Below the pieces are notes generated by a model. The model did no database searches and was not told the DNA's origin. It saw only the letters and a program-made list of their open reading frames with translations. From Tubulanus polymorphus (taxonomy: Eukaryota; Animalia; Nemertea), in NCBI RefSeq assembly GCF_964204645.1, contig NC_134034.1, positions 3,489,814 through 3,553,813 on the forward strand: a stretch of DNA of 64,000 nucleotides. The letters run 5' to 3'. Shown piece after piece: positions 26,901 through 39,047 of this stretch; position 1 is the stretch's first letter; each line of letters begins with the position of its first letter. The position numbers were made by a program, and so were the translations under genes.

Positions 26901-29900
26901 TTCGCATTTACTAATATGCCCTCGAGTACCCTGGTCCCCCACCTTCCAAAAATCCTAGCTCCGGCTTTGATTTGCCTTCCTCTTATTACTGGGAGCTTGC
27001 GACAATGGTTTTTAAGGTTGCGAACACAGTCTGCGACTTTTTGTTAGGATTTTTGGAAGGTTGGGGACCAGGGTACTCGAGGGCATATTAGTAAATGCGA
27101 AGGGTACAAAAGTAATCACGAAGAGCGCCTCAACATGGCGAGCGCTGAAAAATAAGAAAATTTTGGTGTTCTCATTCTGCCCATTTCTCATTTGATGGCT
27201 GTCATGAGGTAATAATTCATTATTATGCCCTATTTCTTTATAAAGTGAAAAATGAATTTTTTCCCAATTTTTGGGGGGACTAGTCCCCCTGGTCCTCCCC
27301 CTGGATCCGCCCTTGACCCAATTTATTTTTCAATAAAAAACTACATTACAAAATAAAGTTATTTCGCAATTCGGAAAGACTAGGAAATGAAGGATAAAAG
27401 AAATGAATGAGAATTTACGAATTTCCTAAGAATTAGAATTAAGTCACTCGATGTTGAAGTTCCACCATGGAAGTTCCTCCACTCGAAGTTCCACCCTGAT
27501 CAAAAAATGATCCTCGTTTCGATTTCGTATCGTATTCGTTTTCATCGTTTTGCAGTCGACGAAGACTTCAAATATTTAGCGTTCGGCGATTCGTTGGTGA
27601 CGACGTCCGACACGGGTAAAGAGGTCGGCGAATTCGGCGTCAGTATCGAGTTGACGACCCACAGCAGCGGCGTCGACTGTTTCCTGATCCACGCGAACAG
27701 CCACGGCGTCGTCGACAACGTGCCGTGCGGCACGTCGATCACGGCGTACGTGTCGCGGCGACTCGAAACGCTAGAACAACAACACCACGAGTACGTCAAG
27801 GTACGTCGTACGTGTACGTGCAACTTTATCGTCGGAAATTGGGTTTCGTTCAAATGATGTATTATTTTGGGACTCGCAAGAAGTTCTTCCTACTCGTAGA
27901 AATTGAAGATTCACAAGGTGTCTCTACTGTGCAGTAGCTTTTAGCAGAGTGAGGATCCACCAGGTGCCGCTAGTGTGCAGTAGGACATCAACTACTGCAG
28001 CAATGGAGGATCCCACCTGTGTCTAGTGAGAATCCACCAGGTGTCGCTAGTGTGCTGTAGGATATCGGCTACTTTGGCATTAGTGGATTCCACTTTTAGC
28101 AGAGTGAGGATCCACCAGGTGTCGCTAGTGTGCAGTAGGACGTCAACTACTGCAGCAATGGAGGATTCCACTTGTGTCAACTGAGGATCCACCACGTGTC
28201 GCTTGTGTGCTGTTGTAGGACATCAGCTACTTGGGCAATAGTGGATTCCACTTTTAGCAGAGTGAGGATCCACCAGGTGTTGCTAGTGTGCAGTAGGACA
28301 TCAACTACTGCGGCAATAGATGATTCCACTTGTAGCGAGTGAGGATCCACCAGGTGTCAATGATATTTGAATCTTCTATATTTTGCATAATATTTTTCTG
28401 TTTCAGTTGGAAAATTTGCCTTTGGACCGCAAAACGTTCATAGTTAAACAGAATGATGGTTACGTGGTGAATAAAGTCATTACACAGGGAGAGGTAAGGC
28501 GCGTTGACCAGGTTTACTACAGGTACGAATCTACTGCCTGGACCCTACACGCGCCCCACAGATACTCTATACATTCTTATAATCTATGATCATCCTGAAT
28601 GGTCCTAAATTGCAAGAATGACGATTAGATATCGAATGTTTCTGAACGCGCATTATTGAGTCTGGATTCCAGAACTAAAATTCCAGAAAATAATCCTTAA
28701 ACATCAATATCAGCACGCTCGTATAGGCCTACTGATCCTCCACACTTCATACGTGTTCAGAACTTCACCTGAGACATTTCTGATTGAAAATACACAACAA
28801 ACACCAGAAATTGGATGTTTTATCAGTAAACTGAAAAGAGCTAATTGCCCACACTTGGCATGTATTCGTGGACTTCACCTCCAGGCGTTTTTAATTTGAA
28901 ATGAACTACTAACACCAGACATTAGACATTTTATCGGCGAAATTTCAAAAACTGATCGTGTTGCCTCATTTTGTCTATGATTTAAACCAAGACAATAATT
29001 GCCTCCCGTTTTTATGAAGGCATCCCGAAATAAATTGTTTTAAATTCGTTTTTCTTCTAACGCTATTTTTCGTAGGATGAGATGAGAATGGCTCGCACGT
29101 TCAAACACGAACACATGGACGGTTTCATATCGGAGGGCTCCAATCTGCTGCTGCAGCGTTTGTTCATACGGAAATTCTGCGCCGATCAACTGCAGTTCGT
29201 TTCCTTCGACTCCGACACGAACCTGTGCTCGGCGATTTACGTAAGTCTAGTCTGGAAATATTCGAAAAGCTATCGTTCGCACTTGACGTGCGTTCAGAAC
29301 TGCCGAGACATTTCTTATTGAAAATGAACTACATACACCAGACATTAGACATTTTATCAGCCCACTATCAAAAATTGATTGTCCACACTTCACATGAGTT
29401 CAGAACTTCTAAGACATTTCTAATTGGAGATGATTTACGAACACTTTAGAAGTTTTACCAGCAAACTTTCAAAATCTTTACCTGACGTAAGACATTCTAT
29501 CAGCGCAATTACAGTCAAGCCCCGATATACCGCCCACATCGGCGCAGAGAGAGTATGGCGGTATATCGGGGGTGTTTAACTATGTATTTGTATAGAGATT
29601 TTCATTGAAGAGACCTGGCGGTAGGCGGGGGTGGCGGTATATGGAAGGGCGCAGTATATCGGGGGTTGACTGTACAAAAATTGATTTCGTGAAAAATGTG
29701 CTCTTTGCAAAAAACTGATAAAACTACAATTATTAAGATGTTAATGAAATGTCTTAATGTGGAACCTCATTTAGATGACATTTGGAAGACTGAAAAACGG
29801 TTCATTTAAATCGATAAAGTTGTTGTATCCAGTTTTTCGTGTTCTCCAGAAACCGCTTGAAGAACGCTCTCAGTTCGTCGGTAATACCGAACTACACGTT

Positions 29901-32900
29901 TTCGGCATCGAGCGGACGATCAACTCCGTCAGCGATCTTCCCACCTCCTGGCAAACGTATTTCATCAAAGACGGGTATGTTTCAAATCGCGTTTAAAACC
30001 CTTTAAGCGCCATAGTCGCAATATTGCGACTTACCAATCGAGGTGCAGTACTTCGGTGACATCAGGCCCTATATCGGCCAGCGTCATAGCCCGTGTTTAA
30101 CCGGTGCAAATACCGTAAAACTCTTGTCGACAGTAATTGATACAATCGATGTAGTATGCTTCCTTCATGCTCAAAGTTACGCTAACGTTACACCGGAAAT
30201 TAACATACTGAGTTACAGGTATTTGAATTTTCTTTATCAACTGTCTTCTGGAAAATATACTGGCACTCGGGTGGATAGAAATTACAGCCGTTACTTGAAG
30301 AGTTGACTTGAAAAATCGTATTTGTTGATGAACGATTATATCAGATCATCTGTGATGATTCAGCCCTGTTTCGAGGGTGAAACTTAAAGTGTTTATAAGT
30401 CGTCACTCGATGAAAGTCTGTATCGATGTGAATATTTTTCAGACCGAGTTCATTGTAGGTGATGAATAATCAGTTGTGCTTTAACTAGTATGAAGCCATG
30501 TTTCGATTTGATTCGTGCGAATACAGATGGCTCAAAAATATCCAAATCTTAGTGAACCATTTCTTCCTTGTTAAGCGAGTTGCGCATGCTGGACTGGCTT
30601 TGCTTTGTCCATCGTATTTACTGTTCTCGATGATAATTTCTGGCGTTTGAATCTTAGCTTGTAGGTTTTAATCTGTAGTTCATGGAGTTTTTGTCTTATT
30701 ACAGTCACATGTCGAATCGCGTTCAAGTTGGATCTCCGGTTACAATGAAACTGTCATCAGTTCCACCTCCTGTCGATGAGGGTAAGCATTTCATTGAGCG
30801 TGCTACTGTGGCAATCTAGAATTCTACTTTGTAGCTAGTGAGGATCCACGAGGTTTCACTAGTGTACAGTAGAACAACTACTGTGGCGATAGAGGATTCC
30901 ACTTCTTGTGACAAGTGAGGATCCACCAGGTGTCGCTAATGTGCATTATGACATCAACTGCTGTGTAAATAGAGGATTCCAATTGTGGCATGTAAGGATC
31001 CACCAGGTGTCACTAGTGTGCAGTAGGACATCAACTACTGTGGCAATAGAAGATTCAACTTTTGTGACAAGTGAGGATTCACCAGGTGTCGCTAGCGTGC
31101 AGTTGGACATCAACTGCTGCCACAGTTGCGGATTCCACTTGTGACAAGTGAGGATACACCAGGTGTCGCTAGCGTGCAGAAGGACATCAACTGCTGCCAC
31201 AGTTGAGGAACTTTTTAAATGATTTAGAATTTTCTAATTCATTTCAGACGAGGAGCCGCCTAAACCTACATTCGATAAACAAGCGTTGAACTGGGAAGAA
31301 GATGTGCAACTTTATTCGAAATTCCTCGACCGAAAGGTATAAACTCTTTAATCATTTGAAAACTTGCTATGATTCAGTGTCAAACTTTGTAGAAATTTGA
31401 CTCCTCGATGCCTTGTAAACTCCTTACTTAGGGATCATTCATTTATTACGTACGCATTAGGGGAGGGGGAGGTGTCAGTGCAATTGCGTACTGTAATGCT
31501 TAATGTATATGAAAAAATGGCCGATTTTGCGTACAGAGGGGGGGGGTTGGAAAATTCAAATTTTATGCATACGTAATAAATGAGTGATCCCTAATGGAAA
31601 AAGCTTTTGAAGGTGCTTGAAACTCCTTTAATTTTAGCAGAATACCCAAAACTCCTTCAATTTTGAGAAATAGGCAATTAGAAATTTTGTCTAGTTTGTA
31701 GTTGTACAGTGCAGACTACGCCTAAATTGGTACAGTTAATATAATAATAATTGACATTTATATAGCGCAAACTAGAGTATTGTTCAAATGCGCTCCAAAC
31801 TTGGTATTATTATTACCCCCAGCCTATAACTCTATTCCATGTATCAGTCATCTCTCCCTGGGTAGAGGTAACACCCGAGCAGCTGCTAGGCGCTCAGGAG
31901 TCATCTATCAGACCAGGTACCCATTTACTCCTGGGTGGAAAGAGGCAGTGAGGATAAGTGTCTCGCCCAAGGACACTACGGCAATGTACGGGGTTGAACC
32001 CACGACTTGGCTTCCCAGAGCCGAACGCTCTAACCACTCGGCCACACCGCTCCTCAAGTTAGAAACAGGATTTTTTTTTAAACCCATATAAGGTGGGTAC
32101 AAAGTTAGAAACCAAGTTCAAGGTAGTGTATAGGATAAAAATTTGCATACCGATTAGTAATTGAGTCTACTCTTAATGGAATTTGAATGTGAGAGCAAGC
32201 ACACACTTTTTCGAAATTTGATATTTTCTCCAAGAATAACCGATGTTTAGAGACCCCGAATGATGACATTATATTAAAACATCACAAATCTAACTGTACA
32301 CAATAAGGTTAATCAGGCAGGGTTTCTGTTCATTTTCATGAGCTTACCAGGCAAGCCCATGAAAATAAACAGATATCATCATACTACATGGACGTCAGCC
32401 AGCAATCTGCGACAGGGATTAGAAACCCTTAGCAGTTCTGCAAGTCAGAAGAAAACAACGTGCATTTCAGGGAATCGTCAGGGAAAAAGCCAGTCAAAAT
32501 TGAAGTAGCCACTCGGATAACGCATAAGCAGTTATCGGTGTATATAAGCATTATTGAAACGCTTTTAACGGCGGCAAAAAAATCACCTGGGACCATGGTT
32601 CCCACAGAACAGGGAAGTTTGGAATTTTGAAATAATACTTGGTTTGGAAATATTTGGGAATTTGAAAAATGTTCCTCAAATCAGGGAAATACTTAGGAAA
32701 TTCATTACATTTCACGTATTGCATTTGCCAAGGGCAATTTTCTTCAGCAATTTCCTTTGACAATCACCTTAATTTACCCAGTCGCTGCTAAAATGTTGAC
32801 GGTAGCATGATGATATGTGTTCATTTCCATTTGGGAAAATTGAAAAAGCACCTATGAAATACTTGGGAATTTTGAATTCATACAACTGTGGGAACCATGT

Positions 32901-33198
32901 GGGACGATATTCGGGGAAAACTTTCTGGACAAATTTTATTTTGAATGAGAGAATTTTGATTACGATGCGTGATGTCTGATTTGTATTTCAGGAGGATCTG
33001 AAAGGCGACCACGCGGCCTACATGCGACATCACCCGGAATTACGCGCGCTTCTCGCCGACTTCCTACAATTCCTGTTGTTACGAAAACCGGACGACGTCG
33101 CCACGTTCGCCGCCGACTATTTCGCCCCGTTCTCGTCGCAAGAGGGCGCCGCCGCCGACGCGTCTAGCACGGGTCGGTCGAGTCAGCAATCGTCGTGA
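23980..33198 (+). CDS. CATIP: Ciliogenesis-associated TTC17-interacting protein, ~372 aa. Exons 23980-24008, 26616-26710, 27556-27800, 28407-28493, 29076-29240, 29850-29974, 30705-30781, 31248-31336, 32992-33198
   Basis: All junctions GT-AG and phase-consistent. Recognisable motifs [89 protein letters not shown]. Exon 1 is the least certain. Confidence 0.93.
24405..26109. mobile_element. Non-autonomous DNA transposon (848-bp unit), copy A, interrupted by nested copy B; 9-bp TSD gcatgaggc
   Basis: TSD at 24396-24404 and 26110-26118. Ends tagtcagtaacctg... / ...ttaggtaactaacta form an imperfect TIR. Confidence 0.9.
25190..26037. mobile_element. Copy B of the same transposon, inserted inside copy A; 9-bp TSD tgtcatccc
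   Basis: TSD at 25181-25189 and 26038-26046; near-identical to copy A. Confidence 0.9.
26376..26481. mobile_element. 106-bp internally deleted copy C of the same transposon; 9-bp TSD cccagtat(t/c)
   Basis: Left and right ends fused; TSD at 26367-26375 and 26482-26490. Confidence 0.85.
26718..27315. repeat. Two inverted ~250-bp copies of a MITE-like repeat in CATIP intron 2
   Basis: 26718-26960 is the reverse complement of 27043-27290; terminus ggatccgcccttg resembles cagggcggatcc-type (hAT-like) MITE ends. Confidence 0.8.
27915..28360 (+). repeat. 77-bp minisatellite array 3 (~6 units, alternating variants), CATIP intron 3
   Basis: ttttagcagagtgaggatccaccagg recurs every second unit (~27939, ~28094, ~28252). 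Confidence 0.93.
28735..29505 (+). repeat. Degenerate ~105-bp repeat flanking CATIP exon 5 (introns 4 and 5); another copy at ~42335-42420
   Basis: Repeated cacactt...gttcagaactt...gagacatttc...acaccagacattagacattttatc. Confidence 0.65.
29512..29672. mobile_element. Tc1/mariner (pogo/Tigger-like) MITE
   Basis: TA|cagtcaagccccgatatac...gtatatcgggggttgactg|TA. Confidence 0.85.
30802..31205 (+). repeat. 77-bp minisatellite array 4 (~5 units), CATIP intron 7
   Basis: Same unit, gtgacaagtgagg variant; starts ~20 bp after the splice donor. Confidence 0.93.
31431..31591. mobile_element. PIF/Harbinger-like MITE; second copy at 36211-36365
   Basis: TTA|gggatcattcatttattacgta...tacgtaataaatgagtgatccc|TAA. 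Confidence 0.8.
31738..32053 (-). mobile_element. tRNA-derived SINE with conserved central domain and L2-like tail
   Basis: Head ggagcggtgtggccgagtggttagagcg...ggttcaacccc (A/B boxes). CORE-like gtgtccttgggcgagacactta, then ccacccaggagtaaatgggtacc. Tail agcgcatttga...gcgctatataaatgtcaa(tta)n. Confidence 0.85.
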
Positions 33199-33706
33199 TA
33201 TCGGACGTTTCGAATGATGATTTTGCGTCTGTAAAAGAAAAATCGATTTAGAAAAAAAAAACGTTTAAACGGAAAGAACACTCGGATTTTGATGAGGTTG
33301 TGCAGTGTCACAAAATTCGAAAATTATCAAACATTTATCGCATCGATGTATTAGAATTGGTTCGGTAAGGTTGAAAATAGTTGGTTCGAATTTAATTGAA
33401 ATGCGGAGGAAATTGAGTCGCAGTAACCCCGGTCACTACTAGCGACACCTGGGGATCATCGCGGAAACGGGTTGCCAGTACCTCGGGTGTGCTGTTGTTA
33501 CCCCCAAATTTCGGCACATTCCGGCAGCATCCTTTCGACCCATTTCCAGACTTTTCTACAAACTTTGGCTTTTTTTTAAGCAGAAATTCTCCTTTTTTGG
33601 ATTCTTTTGTGACGAAATTCTGCCCTTGTCGTAGAAGGTGGCTAACAAATGGAGCACCTAAAATGTTCAGGATCTACTCGCCCTTATGTTTCATTGATAA
33701 TGTGTA

Positions 33707-34171
33707 GAGTAGAACTCGCTTAATTTGGATTTTTCAATCTGGATATTCATTTATTTCCGATGAAATATTTGCACCATTTAACCCTTTCAGTGCGTCTACA
33801 CCGCAGTGCAGTGTATAAATCAGTGATGGATTCTGCTAGTACACCGCACTGCGGTGTATTGATGTAATTAGTAATTATATCTCTTGAAAAATGTCAGCAC
33901 CTGTCAAACATAGCGAAAAACTAGTAACTAACGATTTACCCCACCGCGGTGTAGACGCACTATAGTGCTATTCCCATTATTCAACACACTAGGGTGGAAT
34001 TTTTAAAAATTTTCAAATTATCTCCAGCACTATAGGGTATTGATTAGTCAGCACTGAAAGGGTTAAATTTGAACCTTGTAAACTATTATTCATAATTCGC
34101 ATTTCACTTAATTCAGAGAAATCTAGGTGCAGTTGCTATACTCTCGTCCGAAGTTTAAGTGAGTTCTACTG
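33707..34171. mobile_element. Tc1/mariner-like MITE hosting a nested piggyBac MITE
   Basis: TA|gagtagaactcgcttaa...ttaagtgagttctactg|TA. Confidence 0.75.
33782..34062. mobile_element. piggyBac-type MITE
   Basis: TTAA|ccctttcagtgc...gcactgaaaggg|TTAA. Confidence 0.9.
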
Positions 34172-34637
34172 TAAATGCAGGTCTGATAGGAATGACCCAG
34201 CCCCTGGTAATTGTCGACATGCGGTAGCAATAATGGCTTATAACTAACAATACTGTTGAGGACAAATTATGGAATCGCGAATTCGTCGCTAAGAGCTTCT
34301 TAATTATGATCAAATCTTCCTTCTGTTATGATAATCAGGACGATGCACTGATGTACATTAGTCACCAGCTAAAAACGTGGAGCTGATTTTACAGACTAGT
34401 ATTATCTTTAAGCCTGGGGGCTAATTCAATTCAATTTCAATTGAGTTAACCCCCAGTAAAGTGGACACTCGGGTCTCTAAAACCCACCCCAGTTTCACGA
34501 AAATGTGTAAGTCTATAACGGTTAAGTTTGAATTGTTGTCCTCATCGAAAACATGAAGTAACCAATAGCGATTACAGCAAAAATTTCAGTTTAACCTTTT
34601 AAGTTGGCCCTGGACTCCAAAACGAAATACATGGTTA

Positions 34638-35039
34638 GGGAGCGTTCACAAATTACGTACGTCAAAATCTCCCGTTTTTCTGACCCCCTCCCCCCTTGTA
34701 CCACCTTTGTACCAAATTCACTGACCCCTCTTAGGTACGTACCATCGCACAAATCAAAAGAACACAAATCAAAAAAAATATAAATACCTGATTTTTTTCA
34801 TGATGTAACAAAAGAATTAAGCAAGTATTGTTGTTTATTGATTTTATATTCCCGGTACTAAAAGCCGATAAAACACCAACGGCTATTTTCATTTGAGTTT
34901 GGTACATAAAGTACGTACCAAGATTGATTAATACCCCCCTCCCTCAAAGTACATACTTTTTTGCTGACCCCCCCTCCCCCCATGTACCACTTTGTACCAA
35001 AATTCAGTAAAAAGAGGTATGTAATTTATGAACGCTCCC
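34638..35039. mobile_element. PIF/Harbinger-like MITE; inverted copy at 50009-50579 with a nested palindrome
   Basis: TTA|gggagcgttcacaaattac...gtaatttatgaacgctccc|TTA; the second copy has a TAG TSD. Confidence 0.85.
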
Positions 35040-37296
35040 TTAGTAGTCTGCCTCCCTCATACACAGAATAACACTGCATATTAATGATGAAATTTTCAGG
35101 GTTTGATAGTAACGTATGATTGGCCTAAATTTTAGAAGGGGCCCGCTGATCACGCTTAAAGAAGGGCCCTGATGAGTGATGGGCACCCCTTCCCTATGCA
35201 TTACCATCGACCCTGAAGCTTTCATAAAATCCTCATAACCTCATTGCAGCGACCTTCACGAGGGACCAGAAAATATGTTCGTTATAACCGGCATGAAATT
35301 AACCAGATTTTATTATTTGGGACGAAATTCGATATTTGTTAAATCCGATGAGTCGTTGTATCCGAGTTCGTTATAACGAGATTCCTTTGTCGTAACGTCC
35401 TCTCGCTTTTCGTGAACTATAAACCCCCCACCCCCACCCCCCCGTTCTCCCAATTCTAAATTCCTGGATCCACTGCTCTAATGTTAACCCTCATCGATTT
35501 CAAAAGATAGTTATACCGGTATATCAATTCGACTTTGATTTAAAGGACATACATGCGCCGTGTTGATCGTTTGGTGAATAAATGTACTTTGCCGATGTCC
35601 CCAGTTCCGGCAGTCTGCCGGTATATAAATTCGACCTTGCTCAATATGTACCATATTGATCTTTATTTACGTGTCATCTCGATAAACAAGCCAGCCGTAT
35701 AATAAGGCTTACAAGACACATTGACATTTACAAGTACATGTACGAAAATGTATTAGTCCATGTGAATGTATTTTAGGCCTGAAGTAGATCATCGATTTTG
35801 TTCGTTGATTTTTGTTTCCGATTTAGAATGCGATATATTGATGGGAATTCGATCGATAGGCTGAAATTGAGAAGTTTTGTGATACGTATTGGAAGTTATC
35901 GTGCCTACGAGTGTCGCAAGGCAATACGAATAAGATGAATATAAAGTTGTTTTCTTTTTGTTTGAAATTAAGTAAATATAATCGAATATACAGTCTATTT
36001 GTAAATTGAATGTTTCGATCTTGTTTCGCGTGTATTATAATGTACACTGTATGTATAGTAAATGAAAATAGGAAAATACATTTTTCGAAGAAGTTGTTAG
36101 AGTTGTCGTTCCACGCGCGGCCATAAAACCCGGTATTCGGAAGAAATGCCACCGAAAAAATGCCACTTTCTGCATATTATGAAAAAATAAAGTTGTAGTG
36201 TATTTTCATGGGGATCATTCATTTATTGTGTACCCATAAGGGGAGGGGAGGGGCCAGTGCAATTGCGTACTGTAATGCTTAATGTTTATGAAAAATTTGC
36301 CGATTTAACGTACAGGGGGGTTGAATAAGTCAAATTTCATGCGTACGTAATAAATGGATGATCCCTTATTAGAATACATGAATGAAACTGCAATAATTAT
36401 CTACCATCTTATTATTGATCTCTTTCTTTTTAATATCTTACTTATATTCCAGTACCGGTACTGTATTTGAGCTTCCTCCCTCGGTAGTTTGCTCTGATGG
36501 CATTTTTAAGCCGGTGGCATTTTTTCCTACAATCACATTAAACCCACAAACCTTTGGAATTGGAAACCAATGGATCTTGATTGACTGAGGGCCCAACCCC
36601 GCGCGGTTGCCGCCTTTATTTTGACCGTGGATCCAGTTTCAAAGTTATACGGAGGATGTGCATTTACAGGCCGAGCTTTTTGAGGAGAGTTCTATTGAAA
36701 AGGGACGCTTTCCCTGTTGATAAGGGGCAGGTCTTGAAAAGTGCCCGGGTACCTGAATAAATTGTTTGAGAATCGCTTATCTACTTAACATTTCCAGAAA
36801 AGAAAAAAAACAAATTTTATCCAAATGTCGAAAAGTCTGATATGTTTGACACTGACCTTTTGGAGGGCACTGAAAATGTTAAGGGTTCGTTCGCTACCAC
36901 GACAGCCCGCCACCAACCCTTCGATTTACATGTTTATTTCACTTTTCGAAAATGGAGATATCTGACTGATAAATTCAGATATTCAAAAACGATAAATACA
37001 TATGTAAATAATTTTGTATTTTCTAACGTAACGTGTCGGTGGTCGACTATCAGAGAAAACGTCGTTTCGATTCAAACCAAAAGATCAGAATTGTTCTAGT
37101 ATCCGAGTATTTAGATATGATTAGGATTAGGTCGGTGTGGTCAGAGTCGGAGTCGCGAGCACGTGCGTTGCCGAACTACCCGTTTCCAATAGCAGACTGG
37201 TCGCCTGTCCAATTCTGCGCCACTATCAGCATTCGCAGTCAGAATCTAACTGAAAGTAGAGACCGACAGACAGTCTATAACCTACTGCAGTAAATT

Positions 37297-37413
37297 TAGA
37301 TAAAAACCCACTATTTGAAAATTAAAAGAAATCTCAAATCGAGAATTCATTTATTGAAACAATCTATAGAATACGACGTTTCGATCTCACACTAGAGATC
37401 ATCGTCAGGTGTG
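37297..37413 (-). mobile_element. Penelope-like pLTR with hammerhead motif, ~180 bp upstream of the GPCR
   Basis: Minus strand reads acac-CTGACGA-T-GATCTC-tagtgt-GAGATC-GAAAC-GTC-gtat...aataaa...agtgggtttttatct. Confidence 0.8.
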
Positions 37414-37596
37414 ACTGAAGTATTTTCTATAGGCTTGTATATGAGAGACGCGCGCGAGTTTGATGTAAAACGATATTACATCATTAACGCCTCGCGCGCG
37501 TGTATCGAGTATCGATTTTTATTTTAAGTCAATTAATTTTCTGGTCCTCGACTCGAAGAGGAACCGCCGCACCGTCCATGATTTTCGCTGACGACG

Positions 37597-38616
37597 ATGA
37601 ATCGGACATTTCTGCTTCAGCCGCCGTCCAGACGCGTGCAGTCGGTTATCTACTACGGCTATAGTTTGTGGGTGTACATTCAATGGATCGTAGGAAGTAT
37701 CGGTTGCGTGTTGACGATTGTTTTACTCATACGTCTGCGCCATGTATTAGAAGGACCCAGTTCGCAGTATCTACTATCGCTGGCCACGTCCGATTTGATA
37801 TTTTTGAACACGATGTCGCTGAAATGGCTGGAGAAGATCAGCTACATTACCGGCGCGGCCTACGGGTTTTATGAATTTTACGCGACTTCGGAATTCGCTT
37901 GTAAATTTCTGATGGTATCCGTCAACATTTCTATCAAGCTTTCCACGTGGACGTTGTGTTTATTCGCCCTAGAACGGACGTGCGCGGTTTGCGCGCCTTT
38001 GAAAGTCGCGACCGTTTTCAACCGAGTGCGCCGACGGAATGTAATCGTGTGTCAGTGGTTCATTACAGTGGCGACAGAGGGCGCCATGTTCAACGAATTC
38101 GGCATTTACACTTACGTCGAAGATGGCCGACAAAACTGTATATTTTTGACTCATTTTCGATCCGAAGAAAATCGCAATTTCAGACTCGCCATTTCGGTGT
38201 ACAAACGAATCACGACCGTCATCGCGCCGTACTTCATCAACATATCGTGTATAACGTTGATCGCCGCGAAGCTGTTCTCCAGACCGAATAGAGCGTCGTC
38301 GAAAAACGTGCGAAATATCTCTAAACAGGAAGCAACCTGTATCAAAAATCTGGTCGCGATAGTGTCTTTATATATAATCCTTTCGCTGCCAAATAATTGC
38401 GTGATTGCCATTTTAGACTCGAATCCGTCGCTGCTTATTTGGCCTCGTAAACCGTACATGCTTCAGTTGATCACGTTAACTACGGCGACGATTGAAACGT
38501 CGAATTACGCCCTGAATTTCTTTGTTTATACCATCAGTTTTAAGAGGTATCGAAGCGAATTGAGGGATTTACTTATGAAACTAACGAGGTTTACGTATCA
38601 CGCCGATCCTTACTAG
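37597..38616 (+). CDS. Class A (rhodopsin-like) GPCR with intronless CDS, peptide-receptor/chemoreceptor-like, 339 aa
   Basis: Seven hydrophobic helices; YLLSLATSD (TM2), C..., ALERTCAVCAPL (DRY-like), SLP (TM6), NYALNFFVY...YRSEL (TM7/H8). Confidence 0.9.
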   Translation: MNRTFLLQPPSRRVQSVIYYGYSLWVYIQWIVGSIGCVLTIVLLIRLRHVLEGPSSQYLLSLATSDLIFLNTMSLKWLEKISYITGAAYGFYEFYATSEFACKFLMVSVNISIKLSTWTLCLFALERTCAVCAPLKVATVFNRVRRRNVIVCQWFITVATEGAMFNEFGIYTYVEDGRQNCIFLTHFRSEENRNFRLAISVYKRITTVIAPYFINISCITLIAAKLFSRPNRASSKNVRNISKQEATCIKNLVAIVSLYIILSLPNNCVIAILDSNPSLLIWPRKPYMLQLITLTTATIETSNYALNFFVYTISFKRYRSELRDLLMKLTRFTYHADPY

Positions 38617-38859
38617 GTAGACGTCGCTTATCTCGCATCCCTTTTTAGGACCGATACTTTTTTTATTATTGAGATCGAGTGATAAATTAATTCATTTCGT
38701 GTGGTTTAGATTTTATAACCTGTCCTCCACGTCGTAGTGTAGCCATAGCTATTCGACTACGACAACATCAGGGTTCTACTACTGAATTGTGAGCATCTAC
38801 ATAATTTTTCAGACCAAGCAACAAGATCAGACACGTCAAATTTTAGAAGGTTTACTGTT

Positions 38860-39047
38860 CAATGATGAACTTAAAATATCTTGATTTAACTCAAACGTAA
38901 GCTCCATAATTGTGATTCTAAACGGTGATCGATATGTGAAAATTCTGAACTGTTGATGAGATTCATCTCACTTTATCAGATGGCATCGAACACATCATGG
39001 AATCATAATTATGGAGCTTATGTTTACGTTAAATTAAGATATCTTTT
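38860..39047. repeat. Foldback / MITE-like inverted repeat
   Basis: atatcttgatttaac...taagctccataattgtgattc versus gaatcataattatggagctta...gttaaattaagatat. Confidence 0.7.

Noticed and set aside
30802-31205. 77-mer as a ribozyme-bearing satellite or as coding repeats
   Set aside because: No hammerhead, HDV or twister core recognisable on either strand; the ORFs are short repeat translations inside introns
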